Below are positions 38,871 through 51,982 of a stretch of 64,000 nucleotides of DNA, in pieces. The stretch covers positions 17,670,001-17,734,000 of the forward strand of contig JBHGNT010000007.1 of NCBI GenBank assembly GCA_043228905.1, in the 5' to 3' direction. Position 1 is the first letter of the stretch. Each line of letters starts with the position of its first letter. The stretch is from Azolla caroliniana (taxonomy: Eukaryota > Plantae > Polypodiophyta). Below the pieces are notes generated by a model that had not been told where the DNA came from, did not search any database, and worked only from the letters and a program-made list of their open reading frames with translations. Position numbers and translations under genes: made by a program.

Positions 38871-40101
38871 AATATTACGTTCTATGGATGCAACTATATG
38901 TAGACACAAAAACAACATGAAAATCTGGTAAGAAGATTTTATTTTCTCTCTCAAACTAGACTCATCTTTTAGGTTATGTTGAAATGTTTGAGAAATTGAT
39001 TGTATCAAAGTGGGACATGTTGGTCGCTACATGACTAGACTATAATGTCCAAATATTCCTGCCTAGTACACGTTTGCAAACATTAATTAAGATTTAGAAA
39101 AGAATACAACAAAATTATAGAACAACAAATTTAAACTTGGAAGTTCCCATGTTTTGGTAAAAAAAATAGTTACACCACCTAGTAGAATTGCTCTTTAGAT
39201 AGACCCAAAAACATAACTTCAAGGCTTTTCAAACTTTCACTCTTTAAGACAATAGAAAACTTCTATAGTAGCAATGCCAAAAATAAACCGTGTTCTCTCA
39301 TGTCAAAAGACCCTTCGAGGCCAAGTTCAATGATCGTCATCTTTTTGAATCTTTCTCAATGGAAGCTTCGCCATCCTCATCAACTATTACGTTTCTTCAA
39401 TGATTATTCTCAATTGGATGATGGGATGTTTTCATCCTATTTTTGGCCTCGTAAATGTTATAAGAATGCACTCCATCTTCATCTACGATAATGCTACTTT
39501 GTTGTTGGTCCAAGGATGATACTATAATGCACATAGCCATACTCTACCTGATTTTGGATAACTCAAGTTAAAATAACATCATACCTAGTAGCTATTGCAA
39601 GTAAACTTTTGAAATATTCTCCACATTCCAATTCACAAAATGCTCAAATAAGCTCTTAAAATTAGTAATATGTTTGTCCAACTAAATGCACAGCTAGATA
39701 TGTTTAACTTTACATTTAGTTAATTCCAATAATGAAGCAATTCAACCATGTCAAATAAATCATCATTGATTGTATTCCAAACTTGTTGGAATAGCCCATG
39801 CTACATACTACAAGAATGGATGCCCTTTTTAAATTGGCCTAACATACGCATTGATGTGCACAACTTATGAAGGTATGCATGTGTTAAGTCTAAAGTAGGC
39901 TACAAATGCTTACTACAAATAAGGGTATGGCTCAAGGACTATAACGAGCTTTAGGAGTCAAGATTTATTCTAGGATAAGCACCAAGAGGCCTAAGGGCTT
40001 GTCATAACAATATGCATGTTTATGAGCCCCTATTATATATGTTTACGTATGATGTTTAGGGCTCCCTAATTGACAAAACTTATACCCTTCTCACTTCATA
40101 T

Positions 40102-40517
40102 TAACAATCGGCAACGGTTCTGTTTGGTTCTAGAGGGTCCAAACCGAACCGAACCACGAAACTGTTAAATCAAACATAAAAAATAATTCAAATTGAGCCA
40201 TTAAACTGGTAAAACCGTGGTTTGGTTTCGGTTTTCAACTTAGGTCAAATTTTAAAATTTAAAATATTTCATTATTCAAACTTTTAAAATTTTAAAGATT
40301 CTCCTAAAATGTGAGAATAAGTCGTTTAAAAACAAAAAATTTAAATTTTAAAATAAAAATAAAAATATGTTAAACCGTTTAAACTGCGGTTTCTAATTGT
40401 TGAAACCGAACCGAACCGTTAAAAGAACCCAAACCTGAACCGAACCGTTTAAACTATTGAGCCACGGTTTCGCAGTTCGGTTCGGTTCAATTCAAACCGA
40501 ACCGTTGCCGATTATTA
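40102..40517. mobile_element. hAT-type MITE (416 bp)
   Basis: TIRs TAACAATCGGCAACGGTTC / GAACCGTTGCCGATTATTA and many AACCG subterminal repeats. The 8-bp TSD is only partly preserved (CTTCATAT/CTTATTCT). Confidence 0.75.
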
Positions 40518-41035
40518 CTTATTCTTCTTTCATTAAGCTTGGTCAACTAGGAATTTTATAAACACATTTGATTTCTATAAGTTATGTTTGATGCTATATG
40601 GAATGGTTCTATAAATTAGGCAAATTGATATATAACATAAGTGCCAAAGTAAATGTAGCCCATTTGATCAGTTTGTTGGTCGTCAAGATTGAGCAGAGGG
40701 ATCAAGTAGAGAAGTAAACAGTAGCAATAATAACATTTCTAAGGTTTCATTCATCAAGTCATTTGTAACTTGTTCGAAATTCATGTATTGCTATGTTTGC
40801 AAGAATCCCCATCCAAAAAGGTCCTTGTAATTCCAATATTCTATAGTATTCAAGGGGTTATTACTACTTCGTCACATGCTTATGTTTAACTTGATGAGTA
40901 GGGCACTTACGATGTAATAACTTCAATTGGCATCTTGAGTGTGTACGTAATTCTTGATAAATTCCACATTAAAAGAAATACATTATTAACAACTTTTATC
41001 AATAATGATAATGTCATGAAGATCTAATAAAATCT

Positions 41036-41225
41036 AGGGAAAAGTACTAGGATACCCCTAGAAGTTCGTCTATTTACCAGAATGCCCCTGGAAGTTCCAA
41101 ATTTACCAAACTACCCCTATGTCCAAAAAATTACACTTTATAAAGTAATTATACACTCAAATCTACAAACCCTATTTACCAAAGATGGAAGAAATGGACC
41201 CGAACTAGCCCTATTTACCAAATTG
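41036..41225 (+). mobile_element. Mutator-like terminal sequence (one end only)
   Basis: GGGAAAAGTAC start and repeated TTTACC...CCCCT motifs resembling MULE TIRs; no partner TIR found. Confidence 0.35.
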
Positions 41226-44200
41226 TAATACTTGTGAATTGTGTTACACTTTTTATCTATATTCCCTTTACAAGAAAATGGTGACCAGTCCAATTGTTCA
41301 ACATATTCCATAACTCTACAAAATTTATTCTACCTACATATATGTTAAGATGTATTGATCATAATTTATGTTACAAGTAATACTATTGAGAACTTCACTA
41401 ATGCTCATATGTAATGAAGGGGCAACAATATATAAAATTTAAAATGTAGTTATTTGTGTGTTAATTCTTAATGTCTAGTTTGGAATGTTTACACACCTAC
41501 AATATCAAGGATATTAATTCATCTTGTGTGGGATTTCATATTATATCTCTTTTAAACCTTTTAGAGACCATCGACCAACTTCTACATTCCATGGGATTAT
41601 TTGCAGACCAGTTTCATAGATTTTATGGGAGTATCATGTCTTCACATTGTTATTAATTATACATGCAAAAAGCTTTTGTTAAATGATGTGAATATTTCTC
41701 AAGACATGCCTTTTACATCTAATATACATAAAAGCCTACAAAAGAAGATGCTTCCATTTGCAAGGTGTTATAAGTCTAGAGTGCCACCTCGCGTGCGTGA
41801 AACCTTCACAACAATATATGACCAAAATTTAGTAGTCATCAATATGACACAATCAATTTCAATAAACATACACAATGAATTGTTGAAAAGACAACCCATG
41901 AAGGTCCATGTGTTATGTTTTCACTCTTCCATTTCTATTATGTGGATCTTATGAATAACTCTCCGATGGGCAACCCACTAATTAACGTTTTGGAGCATCA
42001 ATTACAAGAGTTGTGTGCAACTATATGGATATTTTTTGTTTCAAGTATTGAAGGCTCAAAAATAATCTACCACAAACATGATGTTTAGTGACAATTAAAA
42101 AAAATTTAGAGAGAAATTTAAAACTCCACCTATCTCTTCATAACCTTACAAAGACTTTTATCATAACTAAATAGAAAGAAACATGCAACAAAGCTCTTTG
42201 ATTACCTGCTCGTTCATCACATAATACATTCAAACTACTTGACATATTTTCCATGTCGCACTCAAACAATTGTCTTCATACATAAATCAATTTATTTTGA
42301 AGCCCAAGGCAAAAATGCCCACATTTTTTGGAAAGAAGGTACACAATTGTTTCATAATATTACAAAATTACAAACATGACCATAATGAGGTGTCATTATA
42401 TTATTCATTCATGTGATCAACCATTGTGAAAGTGGCTTTGTGAGCTAAATTTACACATAGTACAAACATGTCCATCATGAGAAGCCATTGTCGCCTCCAC
42501 CATCATGAGAGGCTTCATGAGCTAAAATTACAAAAATTAAATTTTAAATGTGGCTATCGTGAGAAATGATTATGTGATTCATCCATTTGATCATGCTTTA
42601 TGTTGAAAATAGCAAGGGAAAGGCTTCTAACTTGGCAAAGTGATAGCCAAAAAACCCAAAAGGGTCAAGGTCTTTTTCAAGGGTCTCAAAAATCTTTTTG
42701 AATCTTTGTGAAGACGATTGAATGCAAAGCACTATTCCTTAAATTTAGGATTGCAATTCTATCAAATTTATCAACCATTTTCCTCAAAGCCTTTGAACGG
42801 TACAAGCTTCACTTTTGTGCAACTTGAACTTATGAAGGGTCTTCAAAGTGCACAATCTTCACCCTATTATTCTTATCTTTGTTACATCTCTATTATGGAT
42901 ATTTAGGCTTATGTATTTCAATTTCTTTTAGGATTCACCTCCAAGGTTTGGGCCACCCCTTGATTTCAATCATGATCTTTTGGTTTTTTGTCATTCAAGG
43001 CATTCAAATTTATCAACCTTGGACCACCTTTGACTTGTCAAGCTGGTTCAATAGTATCATCATTGTAAGCCCTTTTGCAATCAAATAAATAAAGTTGACA
43101 TTTAATATTAACCCAAGAAAGCAAAGACAGTGATAATTAATCCATATACCTAGAATTTGCAAATGGTGATTCATGGCCAAGAAAAATTGCATGCTAGAAT
43201 GTTCTAGGATCTCTCGAGGTATCCATCATAAAAATAGGTGGTCTTGGTCTTGGTCTTGGTGATGATGATGTGGGTGTGGGTGTTGGTGTTGATGTGGACA
43301 TTGGCACTGAAAAACAAAGTACACAAATCTATTATGGAATAATGCACTTGCAAATTGTATGTATGTATGTATATATACATATGTATATAATGTGTGTATG
43401 TCTGATTTTATGAGTGTGTATATGTATCTATAATTATGTGTGTATTATCTTATGATTGTGTGCATACGTATCTATAATTATGTGTATGTGTGTGTGTCGG
43501 GTCATTGAGTGCACATCTTTGTATTAGAGGAGTTGTACCTCTACACAGGTATTGTAAGTTGAGGGGTCTGGTTGATGACAAGTTGGATTGATGACAAGTT
43601 GGACAAGAGTAGTTGTTGAGCATTCTTGACTTGCTAACCTTGCTTACCCTAATCTTGTTAACCCTCACCTCTCTTGAAAGCACTATGGTCAGTAAGAAGC
43701 TCATTTGTGACTAAATAGGTTTAAGCATTAGATACATAAAAAGGTAAAGGTATTATAAACAATAGACTAACCATACTTCTCGTATTGGGAGCACATGTAA
43801 CACATACATAGGCAAGAGTGATTAAGGTTTAGCTAAATAATGCTTAACACTGATTACTCATTTTGCAAGTACGAGAGAGGGAAAGGGAGGGAGGAAAGAG
43901 AGACCTCAAGACACAACACATACAAAGGGAGGAGTGATTAAGGTTTAGCTAAGTAGCATATAGCACTAATGACTCACTTTTTTATCAGTATCCCATACCA
44001 CTGGTAATTGCCTAAGATCATAAATCAAGTGTAATCAACAATGCACTATTGTAGAAGTGCCTCGCCACTCTGCTCGCATTTCACAACGTTTTGATGGTGA
44101 AGTTTGTCTCTCTCCTCTGATGAGGTTACCTATGCTTCATTTTTATTAATTGCAAAAAACCCTTAATTCCTCAAGACAACACAAGTTACAATGTGTCAAG

Positions 44201-44259
44201 ATCTAAAGTGAGTTGCCAGAATCCCTAAAATACACATAAAGCCATTAGAAATAGACCCT

Positions 44260-44293
<34 letters not shown>

Positions 44294-45320
44294 TATATGA
44301 AGGTTTCTGCACATGTGACAATACAAGAGTTTGTTCTCGAAGCAACTTTGGTCAGTAGGTGTCATGATTCAGGACATTCTTCATGGAGGTACCCGAATAT
44401 CGCAAGAACACCCCTAAGATTGTGTATGTGTGTGGTCTTTTGGGTTATTTACTAGTATACCCCTACGTTTTCAGATGTTGATGAAAAGGCTAATAACATA
44501 TGGGATCTCTAGGATCCTCAAGTAGCACACTCTAAATTACGTGAGTGATACAAGTTGTTTGCTGCTCTTGCCAACCCATTCCATGAAATTCCCCTCTAGC
44601 TCAAGAAACAAGGCATAGTCGAGAGGCAGACCCACCTGCGTACTTCTCAAGGTAAGAGACCTTCGCAAACACACACTATTGCCACATTTTTCATACCACA
44701 AGGATATAGATATATTTGGCAATCACTATTGGCATTGCTTAGTCTAGGTTTCCCAATTTAGAGTAGGTTTTCGAGGAACCATGGAAAGATTGGTCATTTG
44801 GTATTGACAAATTGATATTTGTGGTGCACACTAATGATGTGTACTATAAGTTGGTCGAAGATAGAGCTTGGTTAGCAAATAAGGTCTTGGATACGTGGCA
44901 CACTACTTGACATGTAAAGTGGTGGCTTCAAGTTTTAGATGCAGGATGAATCTCTCATTTACCATTTCGTACAAAGGTGTTTCTTTAGTGGGTTGCCTTT
45001 GGTGGTGACTTACTAGTATCAACATTCTAGTTGGGTTGGGACATTTGTTGGTCAAGGTTGGGGGGGAGCCGGAACTCATTTCGGCTAGAATTTCCCCAAA
45101 ACCGGAATCTAGCCGGTTATATTTTTTATAACCAGCTATTTATGCATTTTTTTTAAAAAAAAGTTAAAAAAATAAATTTCCCTCTCTCTCTCCCCTCTTT
45201 CTCCTTGTCTGTTTTCCCCATGTTTTCCCCCTCTTTCTCCTCTTTTCCCTCTCTTTTCCTATTTGTCTATATTACCTCTTCTCGTTTGCCACTGCCTTCG
45301 ACTCGAGAGTTGAGACTTCA

Positions 45321-45646
45321 TGTTGGGATACAAGCTCAACATTGGGTGCATAAACCAGTGCGTAGACTGCATGCGGTTAGTGTAGGGGCTCATTGATGAG
45401 CATTGAAGTATGTGTCAGTACCTCTGTCAGTTTGTATGGACTTGTATAAAAGTGCTCCCTGAGCACATCATATGTACAAAGTTTTTAGAGTATTGTTTTG
45501 GAATAGAGTTTTCTATGTTTTGCTCTCTCTATCTCTCCCATGTACACTGTGTTGATTTAGCTTTCCATTAAACCTCTCTTGTATCTTGTCTTTTGTCTGT
45601 TGCCACCCAGTTGTGTCTGTTAAGCTTTCCCACGTATTCTTTTACA
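45321..45646 (+). repeat. 5' LTR of Copia A (326 bp)
   Basis: TGTTGGG...TTTACA immediately followed by the PBS; internal TATAAAA. Confidence 0.75.
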
Positions 45647-48600
45647 TGGTATAAGAGCGCGAGGGTTGAGATCCTCTGCTGCCGACAAATAGACAAACCC
45701 TAATCATGGTGAAGAACAAAAGAGGCAAAGAATGGACAGAGGAATGGCTAGCTCGTTTCCGACGGAGAAGCTTGACAGAAGCAACTAAGCATCTTGGTCA
45801 TACAAGATGCACTGGTACCTGCTCGGGCATGGCTACTGGAGTTATGTCGATGGTGCTAATGACGCAACACCCAAATCGACACATAGAGATTTCCTGGCCT
45901 GGGAACAGGCGGCAAGCAGAGTTCTTTACTGCTTCATATCCTATGGGAGTGATCAACTTTTGAGCTACATTCGGGATGCGAGGACGCCGAAGGATGCTTG
46001 GGGAAATTTGAAAAAGATTTTCACCGCGAGCACCACAACTAGAAAGCTCCAACTCAGACAAGAGTTGAGCAATGTTCGAGAATGAGATATGTCAGTGGCT
46101 GATTACACCTCCAAGATCAAGGACATGTGCGACTCTCTCGCCTCTGTCGATGTAAACGTCAAGAGGACGAAATGGTGCATGTCTTCTTCGGAGGGTTAAC
46201 GTCGAAGTTCGGATCATTCTGAACTGCCATCTGTATGAGGGAGAATACGCCTTTGTTTTTTGACTTACAATTGATACTCCTAGTAGAGGAGAATCACGTG
46301 GGTGCGTCAACGAGTATGCATACCGACAACAAGATGTTGTACACGGAGGAAGATAAACCACGTGGTCGTGTTGGACGAGGTGAATCAGTGCGCAATGGAG
46401 GCGGCCGACAGGCTCAAGATGGAAGGCATGGCCGTAATGCCAACAGTAGTTCCGGATCCTCCGGAAACAGGAGTCGAGGCGGCACTGGAAACTAACAAGG
46501 AAAGCCTGTCGTGGAATGCTGTTCCTTTGGAAAGAAAGGCCACAGGGAAAGTGAGTCTTGGAAGAAACGCGCCGATTCGGAGAAAACTGCATCCGGCTCC
46601 GGCCGGACCGAACAAGGAAATCAACAGCGATCGCACTACGCCGAGGACTCCGAACGAGCTGAAAGTGGATTGGGCCCAACCTTTGTAATGAAGCACAGGG
46701 CCAATTCGATGGTGGTGAATATCTTGAAACCGAATGAGGTGTGGTATGTTGACTTCGGAGCATCAAATCATATGACGAGTCACGAGGAATGGTTCTCGTA
46801 CTTGGAGAAACCGGAAAAGCAAGGAGTGGTCAAAACTAGCGACAACACTCCGCATACCATCGAACATGTCGGTGAAGTTCCCCTCAGCCATGTCGAGCAA
46901 AAGGGAAACTCATGAACATGGTACACGTCCCTACAATAATGAAGAACTTGGTGTTGGTCAGATAGATCGTCGACCAGGGAATGCAAGTTCGATTCACGCA
47001 AGTCGGTTGCTACATCGAAGAAGAGGGCAACGTCATTGCGCAAGGGCATCGAGAAGGGAGGATGTTCATCCTCAACACCAATGAAGTCGGAACCGCGTTG
47101 TTTGCAAAAGGACATAAGGTCGAGTCGGATATCGACCCATGGCACAAGCGGTTCAGCCATGTTAACTTCCTGCTGCTTCGTGAAATGTAGACGAAGAACA
47201 TTGTTTTCGGATTGCCAAAATTTAGTGGCCAGAATGGCCAAGTCTGTGGAGCCAGCCAGCTCGGGAAGCAGCACCGACTTCCATTCCCCAACGAGCGTAA
47301 TCGGTGCCGAAATCTGCTTGATGTGATCCATTCGGATGTATGGGGACCGGTACAGAACGTGAGCATTGGAGGAAGCTGTTACTTCATAACCTTCATCGAT
47401 GACTTCACTTGGCACACTTGGGCGTGCTTGATCACGAAAAAGAGCGAAGTCTTCGTGTGTTTCCTGAAGGTGAAGAGCCTTGCGGAAAGGGAAACCGGGG
47501 AAAGATCAAGTGCCTAAGGTCTAATGGCGGGAGGGAGTACTTCTCCGACCAGTTCTCGGGTTATCTACAGAAGGAGTGAATTCGATGCGAATTATCATGT
47601 AGATACATGCCGCAGTAGAATGGCATGGCCAAGAGGAAGAATCAGACGATACAGGAGGCGGCAAGGGCAATGATTGAAGAGAAGCATTTGCTGAAGTTCT
47701 CAAAAGGCCGAAGTGGTCAGAATAGCCGTCTACCTTCAGAATCGGGCATCTGCCACTAGAGGAATGTCGCCACATGAGTTTTACTTCAAGAAGAAGCCGA
47801 ACTTGGCACACTTGAGGTTTTTTGGTAGCATCGTGTATGTGCATGCGCTGAAGGAGAAACGAAGGAAGCTGGATGCCAAAGCTGAGAAGTGTATCTTGGT
47901 TGGCTACTCAGATGAATAGAAGGGTTATAAGTGTTATAACCCCCGAACCAAACAAGCTTGCGTAAGTCGTGATGTTGTGTTCAACGAGTCCGCGTCGTGG
48001 TACTTGCCTTCGCCTCCAACCCTTGACGAATCCATTCTGATCTCTAATGAAGAGGGCAGCTAGGCTGAAATGCCTCGGCACGAAGGAGACCTTGGAGCTC
48101 TTGAAAACAATCTGATCTCATTCAGGCTAAGTGGGCTGAATGAGTGACTGAGTCAGCATGACCAGTCAGACGCTAAGTCGGCGAGTAGTGGAGACTCGGC
48201 CGTGCATTCCCCGTGCAGGAAGCCGAGGAGACGGTTTACGCGCAAAGAGAAGGGAAAGAAGAATATGCCGGAGTACTTCATTGATAAAGACGAGTTGGAT
48301 TGAAGCGAATCTGACTTTGAGAAGAACGAAGACGGAGCTTCTAAAACGAAGTCCGCATCGGCCAAGAGGGCCTCAAAATTGGCTAATGAGCAATTATGCC
48401 AATCTACCTGCTAGAAGAACCCCGTGGTGCGGTTCGAATACAACGAGTACATGGTGCATCAATACGCGTACATGACGCGAGTGGCAGAAGTGTGTGAGCC
48501 AGAGAGCTACGTAGAAGCAGCGAAGGACACACATTGGCGTGCCGCAATGGTGGAAGAGATGCACGCATTAGCGGGAAATGAAATCTGGGACCGGGTTGAC

Positions 48601-48678
48601 ATCCCGAAGGGTGTAAAGCTGATTGGATGCAGGTGGGTGTACAAAGTCAAGTACAACGCCGATGGCTCTGTCAACTGC

Positions 48679-49604
48679 TGTCGTGAAGAATGTGCTTCAC
48701 GATATAAAAATGAACTTAAATATTGTATTTAGTAATATTAGAGAAACTTGAATCCACACCCTTATATATCAAATACAATTTACATGCCACTAAGCTAGGC
48801 TATTTATTCTTAGAAGTATTATAAAGAATGTACTTCATGATATAAGAATGAAGCTAAATATTGTATTGAGTAAAATCGAGAGACTTGAACCCTCAACCTT
48901 ATATACCAAGCTAGGTTAATTATTTTAGTATATATTTCCATCATTATACTTATCCCATGTCTATTTTCATAGATGGAAGCTCAAATGAGCGAGATGTCTA
49001 TCATGCATCACATGTAATGCATGAACGCCAAATGGTGATCATGCATCGCATGCATTTCATGCATTGCATGCATGTCTTTAGCCTCACATGCATTATATGC
49101 ATGGGGGCACCTATAAAAAGAGGGGAATCAAGTAAAGGAGGGAATCAAGAGAAAGTGAGAGAAATAATATGATCAAAGAAACAAATTAGCTCATTTGGGT
49201 TTGAAGTTGGAGTCAAGGGTTCAAATCTAGAATTCAGCGAAAGAAAAGTCGCATCTTGTGATCGACATTGTAACTTTGGTAAAATATTGTGTTGTTAATA
49301 TAAAGCTTGTTCTTATAATACATTTTCACTTCTTAAATCATACATTGTCTCTTATCTCTTATCTATGCTCATCTGTCTCTCATACATTGTCTCTTATCTC
49401 TTATCTATGCTCATCTGTCTCTCATACATTGTCTCTTATCTCTTATCTATATGCTCATCTGTCTCTCACACATTACTTCTTACTCTTCTTCTTCATATCC
49501 TTAATCTTTCTAACATTGTTGCACAAGCCTTATAAAATATATAGCCAACTCCTTTTAACCTTAGTCCTTGCGACTTCGCCGCACGAACCACAACTACCCC
49601 AACA
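48679..49604 (+). mobile_element. Solo LTR (926 bp) with TGTCGTGAAGA terminus, inserted in Copia A RT
   Basis: Splits host DGSVN|RHKARL. TSD CTGC/CCGC; TG...CA ends; internal ~138-bp duplication, 3x42-bp repeat (49338-49470) and TATA near 49113. Confidence 0.85.
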
Positions 49605-50512
49605 CCGCCACAAGGCCCGGTTAGTGCAAAGGGATACACACAACAACACGACCTCAATTATGACGAGATCTTCGTGCATGTCGCGAAGATGACAACCGTT
49701 CGTGTCCCGCTTGCGGTAGCCATGGTAAAGGGGTGGCATTTACATCAAATGGATGTAAAGAATGTGTTCTTGCAAGGAGAACTTAAGGAACAGGTGTACA
49801 TGGTATAACCCCCCGTATTTCAGTTTGGAAAGAACACCTCAGCCGTATGCCGACTGAAGAAGTCCCTTTACAGATTAAAGCAAGCCTCATGTGCATAGAA
49901 CGCGAAGACCACACAGTGCCTGCGTCAGATGGGGTTTGCGACGTCCAAATCAGACTCTTCATTGTTCGTCTGGCCAGGTCGACATGGACTGGTTAGTATA
50001 TTACTTTATGTTGATGATTTAGGCATCGCCGACGCCGACCTAGATGAATTCGGCCGTGTAAAGTCCCAGCTCGCGGCGTCATTCGACATGAAGGACCTAG
50101 GGGACCTTCATTACTTCCTAGGGATCGAAGTGATCCACACCTCTGAAGGCTTGCTGATCAGCCAACGACATTATGTGCTGAGTATGCTCTTCAAGTTCGG
50201 GATGGCAGACTATAAGTCCATCCCAACTCTTCTGGACAGAAACATCAAGCTTCGCCGAGATTCGGGAAAGGCATGCGACCCGACACGGTTCTGAAAAATT
50301 GTCGGAAGCCTAATTTATTTGACGATCACTTGACCAGATCTTAGTTACCCGGTCGGCCGGATCAGTCAATTTATGGCGCAGCCCACGGCTGAACACCTTC
50401 AGTGCGCACACAGGATATTGCGCTATGTCCGCGACACTAAGGATAGGACGTTACTATCTCAGACCGATATTGCCGAACAACTCGTCAGCTACTCAGATTC
50501 TGATTGGGACGG

Positions 50513-51982
50513 TGTCGTGTGAATCTTCACACACTATGTAAAAAAATAATGAAATAATTATTATAGATTAGATTAGTAGCTTACTATAGAAAGATGGATA
50601 TACTCAAGAGCTTCAAAATGTATTTTACTATATACAAAATGGAGAAATACATATCAAGTTATGTGAAAATAAAGTTTAAGAAGATAGGGAAATTAGAACT
50701 ATCCCACATAGATAGGAAAGTTAAGGCCTTGGCTATATAAGCACCTTGAGCTCCCTCATTTTTCATTTGTGCTAAGGGAACTTTGGCCACTTTGTCTTGA
50801 TGGATGATGGTGGCCAAATTCCCTAAAACCGGAAACTGGCTGATAAGCAAATCCGGAAACCGGCCGGTAAGCAAACCGGAAACCGACCGGTAAGCAAAAA
50901 TCGGAACCGGAACCAGCAAGCAAAATCGGAATTGGAATCGGCAAGCAAACCGGAACCGGAACCGGCAAGCAAACTGGAACCGGAACCGGCAAGCAAACTA
51001 GAACTGGAATCGACAAGCAAAATCGGAACCGGCTGGCAAGCAAAACCGGAAACTGGCCGATAACCAAAACCGGAATCGGAACCGGCAAGCAAACCGGAAC
51101 CGAAACCGGCCGGCAAGCAAAACCGGAAACTGGCCGGTAAGCAAAACCGGAACCGACAAGCAAACCAGAACCGGAATTGGTCGGCAAGCAAAACTCGAAC
51201 CGGAACCGTCCAATAAGCAAAACCGGAAACCGGTCGGTAAGCAAAACCGCAACCGCAACCGGCAAGCAAAATGGAACCGGGCGGAACCAGCTACCAGACG
51301 AGGTTGGACGCGGACGGACGGAAGATTGGATCATGCAACAAACTAAAGTAAAGTGAAGAGAACTAAAGTAAAGGCCATGTGGACGCAAGCAACTAAAGTT
51401 GGAGTGCATGCAAAAAGTAAAGGTCATGTGGACGGTCACATGCAACTAAACGAAAAAGCCATGCAACTAAAAATAGATGCAACTAAAAGTGGAAAGGCTA
51501 TGATCAAGGGAGAACTCCATATATATTCCATTTTTTTTCCTATACTGGAAGCTCTCACCATATTATCTTAATTTTTTTTCTTTTCTTGGAGCTCCCCTAT
51601 CTTATCGAAGCCATATCTCTCAAGTAAAACCCTAATTTCCTTACGGAAGCCATATCTTACTCATAACCCTAAATTTCCATACGGAAGCTAATCAATTCAT
51701 AAAACCATAATCTCTTATCAAAGCCAAAAACCCTAATTTTCTATAGAATTCATATCTTAATTTCCTCTAATCTATTACTCTATCCATCTCCATTAGCACA
51801 CTTTTTGTAATCCCAATCTTGGGATTAATTGTAATCTTTCTTTCTACTTGTTAATGAAATTTGTTAATCTTTCTCATTTCGGTTAATTCTTAGTACATAA
51901 ATACAGGAATTTGATATCCTCTAGTCAAAGGCCCCGGGGTCTTGCCTCAATGTTCACGTATCCTCGTCGTATTTTCACGACA
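50513..51982. mobile_element. Solo-LTR-like insertion (1470 bp) with TGTCGTG...CACGACA ends at the Copia A RT/RNase H junction
   Basis: Splits host SDSDWDG|NADDRRST. TSD ACGG/ATGG; 7-bp terminal inverted repeat; internal AACCGG/AAGCAA array at 50826-51290. Confidence 0.85.

Noticed and set aside
37849-38900. Complete Helitron with TC start and hairpin-CTAG end
   Set aside because: The TC start is plausible, but the 3' CTAG is not intact and the terminal hairpin is weak; kept only as a possibility.
41400-45050. Possible Ulp1/MULE cargo and a Gypsy integrase/chromodomain relic
   Set aside because: Too decayed to call by eye; no second TIR or LTR found.
50659-51445. Several Pro/Val- or Arg/Phe-rich minus-strand ORFs
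   Set aside because: Stop-free translations of the AACCGG minisatellite in all frames.
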